Assembly: GCA_030390025.1 (NCBI GenBank)
Contig: CM059426.1
Location: 109,120,001-109,184,000 of the forward strand
Length of the DNA: 64,000 bases
Direction of reading: 5' to 3'
Source of the DNA: Squalus acanthias
Lineage: Eukaryota
The position numbers and the translations under genes were made by a program. Within the stretch, counting starts at the first letter, position 1. Each line of letters starts with the position of its first letter. The notes under the pieces are model-generated. The model was not told the origin of the DNA. It saw only the letters and a program-made list of their open reading frames with translations, and searched no databases. Below are positions 1 through 10,905 of this stretch, piece by piece.

Positions 1-1054
1 TAAATAGTGTGCTAGGGTTAAGGAAAACAGCCTAAACTTGGCTGACTGCTTTTTAGTTTCTTTACTCCAATGGGTGATGACAAATCACCATCACTGGATT
101 TGATTTGATGTTGCTTTAAACATGCTTTCCTTGAAAAGCCAAAATACAGAAAAGGTGGTTCACTGTGTATCACTTCGATTAACTATTTAACATCTTACAG
201 GTAATACCTATCCTACAGTTGTCTGTAAGTGTTTGTTATGAAAGGCAGTGCTGTTTATCCAGGTGTATAAGGATCTGGCCTTAGGAAATCCAGATGGGAC
301 AGGAGATTTCATTCTTTACTTTGTCTTGATGTGGTTATTTGTCCGTACTGTATAGGCATCAAAGCTTTTCTCATCAAAGATTTTTCCCTCAATATTGAAA
401 TAGCTGATTCTTGCAGCTGAATTTATCTGTGCTTCCATCTCTTCATAATGTAGATGCTATTGTCAAATTCACAACCATGCACTGATGAGAAACCTTGTGA
501 CTTTACTGTGATCTATCTTGGGGTACATTTGTTTACAGCAAAATTCTAAAGTTTCCTAACTATTGCTCAATATTTCTGACAACTAATTCATATTTCTATT
601 GAAAATAAAGACATTTTCAGTATCGCCTGTCCAGTACTTTTGAACATTGATTGAAGTTACTTTTTTTCTTAACTTTTAAGTTTCCAGTTGTGTCAAAATG
701 TAATTTCCTAATGTTTCAGATGAGTGAAATAGTGTAAAAGGCCTCTTGCCACTGTTTCCCCCATTTTGTCGTTGGTACCAATCTGACCCGTGATACGCTA
801 GATACAGAAACCGGTTAAAATTTACTTGTGTATGTGATAAAGACAGAGCACAATCAATTTTTTTTTTGTTTGTAATACTATAATGTAGTGTTTTATTGGA
901 ATGCATTGTGAGTTAAGCAACAACTTGCATTTATATAGTGCCTTTAACGTAAAGAACATCCCAAGGTACTTCACAAATTAATGAATATATATATATTGCT
1001 GTTCACATAAAATGTCTCAAGGTGCTTTATAGTGGGAATGGCAGCCAATAGGAA

Positions 1055-1505
1055 AGAAATAACTTGCAGTTAGATAGCACCTTTCATGAACTCAGTATGA
1101 CCCATAGTGCTTTACAACCAATTAAGTACTTTTGAAATATTGTCACTTTTTTAATGTAGGAAACGCGGTTGACAGTTTGCACACGGCAAGGTCCCACAAC
1201 CAGCAATGAGATACAACGCCAGATAATCTCTTTTAGTGATGTTGTTTAAAGAGATGAATATTGACCAGGATACTGGGGAGAACGCCCCTGCTCCTCTTCC
1301 AATAGTGCCATGGGATCTTTTACTGAGAAGACAAACGGGGCCTCGGTTTATTATCTCATCTGAAAGACTGCACATCTGACAGTGCAACGATCCCTCAGTA
1401 CTGCACTAAAGTGTTAGCCTAGATTATGTACTCAAGTCTGGAATGGGAGTTAAACCCTCAACCTTCTAACTCTGAGGCGAGAGTGCAATCAACTGAACCA
1501 TAGCT
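1055..1505 (-). mobile_element. tRNA-derived DeuSINE-like SINE with L2-type tail
   Basis: Homologous to the copies at ~5020-5585, ~31790-32110 and ~49905-50345 (shared ctcagtactgcact, aatagtgccatgggatc and tail motifs). Family name is from recall; boundaries approximate. Confidence 0.7.
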
Positions 1506-1519
1506 GGCACAGTTGGATA

Positions 1520-2062
1520 CAGGCCACATGTTTCTGAAAGAACTAGAATTTGTACAAGCTGAAGTTGGGGAATTTGGTGAGGAGGGCACTGGAGAAATTG
1601 AGCTTTGATGTGATGAAGGCATCCCATGGCTGATGGGCATGGGTGGCTGATGTTCTGATGTGCAAGTAATTGGTCTTCATGATGGATGTGGAGTTAAAGT
1701 TGAGCTTGGAGTCAAACAGGAAATGGAGATTGTGCAACTATGGGTTCAGATGACCAGCAGCTGGGGAGGGAGATGGAATGGATGTCCGAGGTACAAACTT
1801 TCTGGCAGAGGTGAACATTCTGCTTCAGGCTTGTCATTGTTGCATGCAAAAAGTTTTCATCTATCCAGTACTTGATATCATTTAGTCAGTCACACAGTGC
1901 AGCAGTCATCATGGAATCAAAGGCGGAGGTGAAGAGTTGGGTATCATCAATGTACATATGGAAGCTGGTCTTCCAATTACAGATGATGTCACAGAAAAGC
2001 AGCATATAGATGAGGAATGAAAGAGGGAGTGGAACAAGGACAGACCTTTGGAGCATACCATG
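1520..2062 (-). mobile_element. Old degenerate L2 LINE RT fragment
   Basis: Minus-strand peptide FLIYML...SFHMYIDDTQLF (YADD-like). Decayed; boundaries approximate. Confidence 0.65.
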
Positions 2063-3025
2063 TAATGGAATAGCCATATTTCAGAAAAATGCACCATCCT
2101 ATGAACAGATTTCTGATATTAATACATGACATACTGGGTTTAAAAGTCTGGAAAGCCTCGGTGACACAGGCTGCAAACACAATACAGGCTTTTGAGATAA
2201 GAACAGTTGATAACAAAAGCTGTAAACACCAAACAAGCTTTGAAATGGGAATTGGTTTGTAAATACTAACACAATGGCCTCATTGAAAAAGCAAAGGCTT
2301 GCTTCTGAGATGTCTGCAGTTTGGAACAACACAATACCATTACCCAGTTTAAAGTGTCAAAATCTAACACGTTGAACAGGTGCACAGAACATTAAAAAAA
2401 ACAAGTGCCTTTGGAAAAAATGACCAAGTAAAAGAAATACCTGCCGTAAAATAGTTTTATGTTAAACTTAGAACAAGGAGACATGATTCTTAATACAACC
2501 AATTGAAGTAAATAAGAAATGCAAAGAACACCTTAGATGAAGTGTTTTTAATTTACATGTTGTAAAAGAAACCAACCAGACTTTGAAAATATAATATCAA
2601 TAGATGACACCAAGCAATTACATTGTGTTTGTATTGAAAATGGAATAGTTAGGAGACACGACGTCTGCTAACAAGCAGCTAAAGTGATTTAACAATTCAA
2701 TGGAAAGACTTCCTAAGAATGGCATCAAATAGATAAATCGATAATAACCATAAAAATTATAAGTTTTTGAAACACCTATACAGCAGACAGGATTCTGAGT
2801 TAGCAGCTGGGTTGACAGTAAGAATAGAAAGAAGTCAACAGAAATATGGCTAGAGATAATTAGCTTACATCAGCAGAAAACTTCAAAGAATAAACCACTA
2901 AAAAAAGATATAAAAATAGAGCTTTTCAGATAGAGAGTCAGAAGTCGCTGGGAAGCGGCAGAGCGATTCTCGGCTTCAGAACCACTCTGTAGGCCTACAA
3001 GTCTGAGTCTCGGGTAATCAAGGTA

Positions 3026-3372
3026 CAGGAAACTCTTTTTTATCCGGGACCGACGTGGTGCCGGTTGATCAAAAAGTCTGGATTACAGAGAGGTATACTT
3101 ACCAAGGTACGAGAGCCCCGTACACAGCCACAGGTGCAGGAGCCCCAGTTACACGGCACTTGTGCAGAAGTCCCGGTTACACGGCCACAGATCCAGGAGT
3201 CCCTGGTGCACGGCCACAGGTGCAGGAACCCCGGTTACACGGCCACAGATCCAGGAACCCCAGTTACACGGCCACTAATATACAGTAAAAACTTACCTGA
3301 ACCTACTCCTGAATTTTGCCAGTTAAGAGAGATTTCCGGATATTTAGGTGCCGGTTAAAAGAGAGTTTCCTG
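3026..3372. mobile_element. Tc1/mariner-pogo (Tigger-like) MITE with internal minisatellite
   Basis: TIRs CAGGAAACTCTTTTTTATCCGG / CCGGTTAAAAGAGAGTTTCCTG, flanked by TA on both sides. Confidence 0.8.
3113..3275 (+). repeat. ~29-bp minisatellite, ~5.5 copies
   Basis: Units of GAACCCCGGTTACACGGCCACAG(A/G)T(C/G)CAG in direct tandem with no spacers. Confidence 0.9.
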
Positions 3373-5019
3373 TATTTGATTTTGGTGGATATTCTGGATT
3401 AAGAAATAAGTAGAAGTGTGGAAATGTAACGAAGTTAAGATTTGAGAATAAGGATTTCTGATAAGAAATGTAAGCTATTTGTATTTTGAACGGTTAAAGT
3501 TGCGATTGCCATACCAGCTGTTAACTAAATGTCGGTTCTTTAATAAATCTATATATTTTTTAAATTGTCTTAGAGTAATTTCTGTATCAATCTCGCAAAC
3601 TCAATTTCTGTACACTCTTCAGTGAGGAGTTGCAGAATTCTGGGGGGTTTTCCGGATCCTCATAATATCCGGAAGGTTACAGTCTAGTTAAACTTGTTAC
3701 CGTCCTCCGGATAGCACTTTTAACATCTTCAGGCCGTTTCTTTCCTTTAGGGAGAGGTAGTCTGACCTTTAGACCCAATTAAGCATCTCTAGGATTCGGC
3801 TACCGCTAACTTTAGTCGAAGGGAATACACCTGATCTGGGGTAGCCCGAAAAGGGCTAGGACTTGTAATTATCCCTTCAACCAGATGTGACCAAATGGAC
3901 ACAAGAGGAGAAACCATTGACTTTGTTGGGACAGGTAGAATGATCCTGTGGAGGTGAATCACTAAGGAGAGACAAGAAGAAGGATGAAATGATTAACCAG
4001 GACAAATGCTGCTTGGTTCAAGGAGGGATAAAACATTTCGGTTGCAATTACAAAGGATTTTGCTGGTGACTATGGCCAGAATAGAAACTGGATGAGAGAT
4101 ACTTGAACAGGGAGTGATGAGAGGTGGACAGATAATAAAAAGAAAGAGGGAAGGTTGGGGATTAAGTGGTAGTTTGAGAAGACCGAGGGTTTGAGGAAGG
4201 AATGGTATACAGAAATTGCAATGCCAAGATGTGTTGTATTCATTAATGTTTGTTTTATTTTTTTTTAAAGTTATCTTCTCTGATGAAGACTAATCTAGTT
4301 GAGAAGCTAACTGTGGGTAGGAATAGACTCGAGATTGGTTGATCTTTTTGTCGTGGTATGAATGCAAACCCATTGTGCTAACGTGGAAACTGAAGTATAC
4401 TGGATAGCTAACAAATTACGAGAATGTCATCCAGTTGAGTGACTTCATAAACCATAAGAGGAAAGTTCCAGCAATGTTTATTTACTATAAAACCCCTAAA
4501 TTCACTGAGATCCATTCAGTATTTAGCTATCCTGCATGTGTAAGATGATGAGTTGGGATACAGCAGTGTTGGGTTTTGTGCATGTATACAGAACCAAAAA
4601 GTTGGTTGGAGGGTATAATGCAATCTTGTGATTCAGATGAAAAGTACGATAAATTGACTTTGAAATTAATATCTGACAACACTCTAGCCTCCTGCACCAG
4701 AGAAAGATACCTCTTCAGGTGCTATTTGGCATTCCAGTGGTAATTGCACCATTTTACCTTCCAACACTGCTGTCAGTTTTGATTTCTTTCCTGTGGCATG
4801 TAACTGTCCTAGGGAATTGCAGATATGTTAGTTAATTCAAAAACTAGATCTGTAATCCGTTCCTTCTGTACCGTGGCATTCTTGGGGGGCACTCTTCCAT
4901 AATAACCTGTGTGGTGGTGCGTGTGCATATTTAGGGTCTTGAGGTGATCGTTTTAAGTTTGGAGCACTTTAGGGCAGAAGCAGAAGTTCAGATGTTTTGC
5001 TAGTGTTAACTTTGCTTAT

Positions 5020-5585
5020 TTGGTAACAACTTTGTCTTTGAGTCAGAAAGTCATAGGTTAAAACCCCAGTCAAGGACTTCAGCACCTTATCTAGGCTGAT
5101 ACTCCAGTGCAGTACTGAGGTGTCATTTTATGGATGAGATGTTAAATCGAGGCTCGATCTATCTGTTAAGGTAGATGTAAAAGATCTCAATCTTAGTATT
5201 CAAAGAAGAGAAGGTATTTATCTGTGTCCAACCAACAGCACAGAAGACAGTTTAACTGCTGCTTGATGTGCACCAGTTGATTGCCAGGTGTCCCTACATA
5301 ATGTGGAGATGCCGGTGTTGGACTGGGGTGGACAAATGTGAGAAGTCGCACAACACCAGGTTATAGTCCAACAGTTTTATTTGAAATCACAAGCTTTCGG
5401 AGCAGCGCTCCGAAAGCTTGTGATTTCAAATAAAACTGTTGGACTATAACCTGGTGTTGTGCGACTTCTCACATTTTCCCTACATAATAACAGTGATTGC
5501 ACTTCAAAATACCAATTCATTGCATATGAGAACTTGATGTCCCAGGGATGTGACAAGGTGCTATATAAATGCAAGTTCTTTCATC
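5020..5585 (+). mobile_element. DeuSINE-like SINE interrupted by fold-back copy 1
   Basis: tRNA-like head (agtcagaaagtcataggttaaaacccc), body, and tail ggtgctatataaatgcaagttc. Boundaries approximate. Confidence 0.7.
5303..5476. mobile_element. Penelope-like pLTR-derived fold-back insertion, copy 1 (inside a SINE)
   Basis: Perfect 70-bp inverted arms (5334-5403 / 5407-5476) with a 3-nt loop, a one-sided tail at 5303-5333, and TSD TCCCTACATAAT (5291-5302 and 5477-5488). Confidence 0.85.
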
Positions 5586-6354
5586 TTCCATTTAATGATG
5601 AATGAGATGTGAGCTTGCAGTTGAAGACTGTATGTTTCAGAATGTTTGTTTACATTTGCTTTATGTTAGGTTTGTGTTGCGTTATACCATATTGCAACAT
5701 CAGTTCAACAGTGCAGCTGCTTTAAATATAGTCAGTGAATTTTTAAATGGATAGATTATAACGAGTCCAGATAATTAGACTTAATCCATCTCTAGCTTGC
5801 ACAAGTTTTGTCATAAAGATGATACTGGATTTCAGAATCATTCTGCAATAAGGATGTACCATATGCACGAGAGAAGCGATCTATCTCTATTTGAGCAGAG
5901 GCACTACTTATGCCTGAGCTACGTTAGAAGACATTTCTAAAATAATCCATGATGTATTAGTAACACAGGCCACATATGTCAGATAAGCATAAAGTCACTA
6001 CTTCCTGTAGTTAAGGCTGCTGCTTCTCTTTTTATTGTTGATATTTGGCGATGACTAAACATTTTGGTATTAATTAAAATTTTGCTTTTACTGTTGGATA
6101 ATATTTTCTGAGACTAAAAATAAAGGAATTCAACTGTGCAGCGAAACTGTAGGGACCATTGCCAGGGCCTGCTCATATTATAGAAATGATTCAAATAGAA
6201 GCAGTTACAGTACTCTGAAAGTTGTGTGCTGTGGAATCTTACCAATTATCGTTGCCCAATTGAATGTTATAGCATTGGAAAAACAAAGAACTAAATATGT
6301 ACAACCTTCTGTGCATCTAGTTTGAAAGCTGCAAATCACAAGTTTATTTTCTCC

Positions 6355-6865
6355 CCATAAACCTGAGCTCATCCAAAACTCTGCTGTCCGCATCCTAACT
6401 CTCTCCAAGTCCCGTTCACCTGTGCTCGCTGACCTACAATGGCTTCCAGTTCGGCAATGCCTCGATTTAAAAGTTCTGGTCTTTGTGTTCAAATCCCTAC
6501 ATGGCCTCATGCCTCCCTATTTCTGTAACCTCCTCCAGCTCTACAACCCTTGAAGAACCCTGCACTCCTCCAATTCTGGCCTCTTGTACATGATCAGTTT
6601 TCATCGCTCCACCATTGGCGGCCGTGCCTTCAGCTGCCTGGGCTCCAAGCTCTGGAATTCCCTCCCTAAATCTCTCCGCCTCTCTACCTCCTCCTCATTT
6701 AAGTCGCTCCTTAAAACCTACCTCTTGGACCAAGCTTTTTGTCACCTGTCCTAATATCGCTTTATATGGCTTGGTGTCAAAATTTTGTCTGGTAATGCTC
6801 CCGTGAAACGCCTCGGGACGTTTTTACTACATTAACGGTGCTATATAAATGCAAGTTGTTGTTGA
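6355..6865 (+). mobile_element. L2 LINE 3' fragment
   Basis: Encodes IQNSAVRILT...DLQWLPV; ends gctatataaatgcaagttgttgttg. Homologous to 25510-25990. Confidence 0.8.
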
Positions 6866-7599
6866 GGGGCTCTCCCTGATGCCTGAGGAAGGTGCACAAG
6901 ACCAGTGATTAGAGAAATCATATTGCTGGCTTCTATGAGCAGCTGCGCATTTAGCCCACTCGCGGGATAAACAAATGGTGACATGCTGCAGCAAAAGTAC
7001 AAATTTCAGAAACTTAATTTCCACAAGGTTGGTTTATTTTAATAGTATGTCTCGACACTGACTGCAGGATTGAGACATATGGCTATTTCTTCAAGGTCCC
7101 TTGACACTGCAGGCCTGACTAACGTAACAAACATTCCAGGGGCCTCCTCAGAGCCTTGCACTGTTGCCCCAGTTTGTGTTATTTCATCTGGGTGGATTTT
7201 CAGAATTACATTTCTTGTCTGCTTTAGGCATCAACATTTTTGTAGATTCAATTCCATCTGCTAATTGTACTGTGATTGATGATTGAATTTCTGAACAGCA
7301 TAGTGATGTAACATATAGATGATGATGCAAACATTCATTCAAACAGTCTATTTCTTTAGAAATTTTTACTATGTGAATCCAATAAATTTTGAGTTTTAAA
7401 TATTTTTAAGTAAAGCTGCAAATAAATGCATTGAAGCAATTAATTTAGCAAAGGGTAAATCCCTGAGCATTAGTCAGTCCAATTCTGTTGCTGTTTTGTT
7501 GTTCAATTGAAAAAAATTGTAGCTGTTACATTATGCCCAACCTCTGATGAATAGCAGAAGTGAAGAGTTGATAAATGTACCCAACATGGGTACCCAGTT

Positions 7600-7960
7600 A
7601 GTAAAGCCAGCATGTAACTGAGCTATGTAGACTAGTTAGCCTTTGGTTCGATTCCCAGTCCGTGCTGTGTTAGCTGATTTCAACCAGGTTGACTACAAGG
7701 GCTCTATAGTTGGCCTCTGTACCCATGGACCAGGGTGGGGAAAGTCTGTCTTGGTTTGCCCTCTTGATTGCTACCAGTGAACCCGTGCTAGAAAATGCAT
7801 GTGTGAAAACAGGATGAGACTCTCCCGCGACGCCGCCTATGATTAAATAACCTGCAGCTATTGTTGCTTAGGCTGACACATGAAGAGTGAACCACTTGAC
7901 AAGGTAACTGGAGGGAAACAAGCTCCTGGGAAACTAGCATAAGGCAGCACTTACAGGAAA
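7600..7960 (+). mobile_element. Probable old tRNA-derived SINE
   Basis: B-box-like GGTTCGATTCCC followed by gtccgtgctgtgttagctg. Weaker similar segments near 27720-27990 and 41060-41200. Confidence 0.45.
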
Positions 7961-8986
7961 AAAGGAAAAAGCAGTTTTGCAATAAGGTTGATAATTAAGG
8001 GTGGGGGACTTGGAACACAACTCAGTCGATGGATCAGAAATTATGTTCATTTTCCTTAAGGTGCAGTGTCCCCACATTGCATTATGTTAATTCACTGTCA
8101 GTAGAAATTCAAAAGGAACACCTAATCCGGGTATGTTTCACAACAGTTTCAAGAATATCTATAGAGTCTGTGGACTTCTGTGCGGTTAACTAAATAGTAA
8201 TTGCTTCACCTTGTGTAGTTCTGATGTCCCTTTGTGGCATAGCACAGGAAGCTAAATCCTCATTTACATTCCAGTAGAATCCACTTAAGTGGGATACTTA
8301 AATTGGATACCTGCTTTATATTTGAAAACCTATTTCCCTTAATGCATTCTGTGGATGAACCCTCTGGTTTTAGCAGCACAACCAAATTTCATCCTTCGTT
8401 CGGTGGCACAACCTCTGAGTCTTGGTAACATTTTGTGATTTTTTTTTTTTCCCCAACTCTTTTTGACAGCCAGTAGAAAGATAAATCTCACAACTGAATG
8501 GAATGCCAGTTGATTGAAATGTTAGTACGTTTGAGAGATCACTGCCAAACAGAACAATTAAGTGGGAAGCTCAGCTATTCTACGGGTGCACAAGTAGAGC
8601 GGAGTCTCTCACTGACGCCAATTTCAGAGAAACTACTGCACAGAAGGAGGCCATGCGGACATCATACTGGTGCTGGTTTAACTGGAGCTGTCTACTCCAA
8701 TCCCAATTCCATGCTCTTTCTTTTAGAATTGGGAACTCCAGTGAACTTTTTTCTTCCCCCCCCCCCACCCCCACCCCCCGTCCAAACCCAGGGGCGCTAA
8801 CACTAATTACTGTATTTGTACAGCAGCCCAGTAGAAATCAAGCAACTCCGCACAGACCAGGAATCAAACCTCTTCTGGTCTGACTGGGTTGACCAGCTGA
8901 GCTATGAGTGAGGTACAATTTGGTTTATATTTTACAACAACAACTCTGTACTTCTGTAGTGCTCGTTGCGTGCAGAGAAATGATAA

Positions 8987-9371
8987 AAACATAGAATCTA
9001 GGAGCAGGAGTAGGCCATTCGGCCCGTCGAGCCTGCTCCACCATTCAATACAATCATGGCTGATCATCCAAGTCCAGTACCCTGTCCCTGCTTTAATCCC
9101 CACAGTACACATATCCCACCCTACCCCCGTAACCCCACGTACACATATCCCACCCTACCCCCGTAACCCCACGTATTTAGTTCCCCCTAACATATCCCAT
9201 CCTATCCCCATAACCCCACATATTTAATCCCCCCCTAACACTAAGGGTCAATTTATCATAGCCAAATCAACCTAACCCGCACATTTTTGGACTGTGGGAG
9301 GAAACCGGAGCACCCGGAGGAAACCCACGCAGACACGGGGAGAATGTGCAAACTCCACACAGACAGTCACC
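8987..9371 (-). mobile_element. HE1/V-SINE-like SINE with CR1-derived 3' tail
   Basis: V-domain-like tggactgtgggaggaaaccggagcacccggaggaaacccacgcagacacggggagaatgtgcaaactccacacagacag joined to a CR1-type 3' end. Near-identical to 19143-19418. Confidence 0.8.
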
Positions 9372-9523
9372 TGGTATGTTGGCCTTCATTGCAAGAGGAT
9401 TTGAGTACAGGAGCAAGGATGTCTTACTACAGTTATGATGCGGAGATGCCGGTGTTGGACTGGGGTGGACAAAATTGAGAGGTCGCACAACACCAGGTTA
9501 TAGTCCAACAGTTTTATTTGAAA

Positions 9524-9566
9524 TCACAAGCTTTCGGAGCTATCGATTTGCTCCTTCCTCAGGTGA
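9524..9566 (-). ncRNA. Minimal type I hammerhead ribozyme motif (antisense twin)
   Basis: Exact reverse complement of 9588-9630. Confidence 0.78.
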
Positions 9567-9587
9567 AGTAAATTACTTCAATTTACT

Positions 9588-9630
9588 TCACCTGAGGAAG
9601 GAGCAAATCGATAGCTCCGAAAGCTTGTGA
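9588..9630 (+). ncRNA. Minimal type I hammerhead ribozyme motif (Penelope type)
   Basis: UCAC-CUGAGGA-A-GGAGC(AAAUCGAUA)GCUCC-GAA-AGCU-U-GUGA: stem I, conserved core, stem II, palindromic AGCU stem III, CUU cleavage triplet. Confidence 0.8.
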
Positions 9631-9751
9631 TTTCAAATAAAACTGTTGGACTATAACCTGGTGTTGTGCGACCTCTCAATTTTACTACAGTTATACAGGG
9701 CCTTGGTGAGACCACATCTGGAGTACTTTGTGGAGCTTTGGTTTCCTTATC

Positions 9752-9848
9752 ATTGTACCTTTACCTGACGAAGGGGCGACAGCTCCGAAAGCTTGTAATT
9801 TTAAATAAATCTGTTGGACTATAACCTGGTGTTGTGCGACTTCTCATT
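9752..9848 (+). mobile_element. Penelope-like pLTR fragment, one-armed divergent copy (inside CR1 ORF2)
   Basis: Same arm sequence (gctccgaaagcttgtaattttaaataaatctgttggactataacctggtgttgtgcgacttctcat). Apparent short TSD TTATC; interrupts the CR1 codons for FWxPYL. Confidence 0.8.
9761..9798 (+). ncRNA. Minimal type I hammerhead ribozyme motif (covariant)
   Basis: UUAC-CUGACGA-A-GGGGC(GACA)GCUCC-GAA-AGCU-U-GUAA. Stem I has a compensatory C-G to U-A change relative to the other copies. Confidence 0.8.
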
Positions 9849-10905
9849 TTTATCTAAGAAAGGATATACTTGCCATAGAGGGAGTGCAGCGAAGGTTCAC
9901 CAGACTGATTCCTGGGATGGCAGGACTGTCGAGGAGAGATTGGGTCGACTAGGCCTGTATTCACTAGAGTTTAGAAGAATGAGAGGGGATCTCATTGAAA
10001 CGTATAAAATTCTGACACGGCTAGACAGACTGGATGCAGGGAGGATGTTCCCCCTGGCTGGGGAGTCTAGAACGAGGGGTCACAGCCTCAGGCTACGGGG
10101 GTAGGACATTTAGGACTGAGATGAGGAGAAATTTCTTCACTCAGAGGGTGGTGAACCTGTGGAATTCTCTACCACAGAAGGCTGTGGAGGCCAAGTCACT
10201 GAATATATTTAAGAAGGAGATAGATTTCTAGACACAAAAGGCATCAAGGGGTATGGGGAGAGAGCGGGAATATGGTATTGAGATAGAGGATCAGCCATGA
10301 TCATATTGAATGGTGGAGCAGGCTCGAAGGGCCGAATGGCCTACTCCTGCTCCTATGTTTCTATGTTTCAAAGGGATTTACAGTGCAGTGGACAGAGTAG
10401 GTTGTATGCCACAATCTTTCGTAGACTCATCTTTACTTGTGTGTTGTAAGAACAACTGACAAATGGCAGCTGATCGTGGGCTGGGAGACTGTTGAAACAG
10501 GGAGATGTACAAACAGAATAGTCAGCTGTGACTCCTTAGTTTAAACCCTCCCCGAGTGCTGTTGGGGAGGGTTTAAATTAGCTTGGCAGGGGGATGGGCA
10601 CCAGGATGTAGCATTAGAAAGGAGAAACAAGGTGCATAAAGTATTGGGAGAGACAGAGAGCACTAGAGTAAGAAATAGTACGGTATTAAGTGGGGTCAGA
10701 GTAAGAGAGAATACAAGAAGGTCGAAGATAGATTTACAGTGCATGTGTGTAAACGCATGAAGAGTAGTTAGTAAGGTTGGTGAGCTGCAGGTGCAAATAG
10801 CCACATGGGAATATGATGTCGTGGTGATAACAGAAACCTAGCTCAAAAAAGGGCAGGATTGGGTACTAAATATTCCTGGATATAGGGTGTTCAGGAAAGA
10901 TAGGG

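Larger units (their letters stand above)
9437..9681. mobile_element. Penelope-like pLTR-derived fold-back insertion, copy 2 (inside CR1 ORF2)
   Basis: 104-bp inverted arms (9471-9574 / 9580-9683, last 2 nt shared with the TSD), 5-nt loop, TSD TTACTACAGTTAT (9424-9436 and 9682-9694). Complete hammerhead motif on both strands. Confidence 0.88.
9372..10368 (+). mobile_element. CR1 LINE, 5'-truncated 3' fragment (hosts two Penelope-like inserts)
   Basis: Encodes RLGLYSLEFRRMRGDLIETYKIL...NFFTQRVVNLWNSLP; ends in a (ctatgttt)n tail. Confidence 0.92.

Noticed and set aside
3113-3275. Regularly spaced ~29-bp repeats resembling a CRISPR array
   Set aside because: Units are contiguous with no unique spacers, lie inside a TA-flanked MITE in vertebrate DNA, and there are no cas genes.
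9437-9681. Interpreting the hairpin family as DNA-transposon MITEs or pre-miRNA genes
   Set aside because: TSDs vary in length and sequence, the structure is asymmetric (one-sided tail), centres vary, and hammerhead cores are present. This fits retrotransposition, not cut-and-paste.
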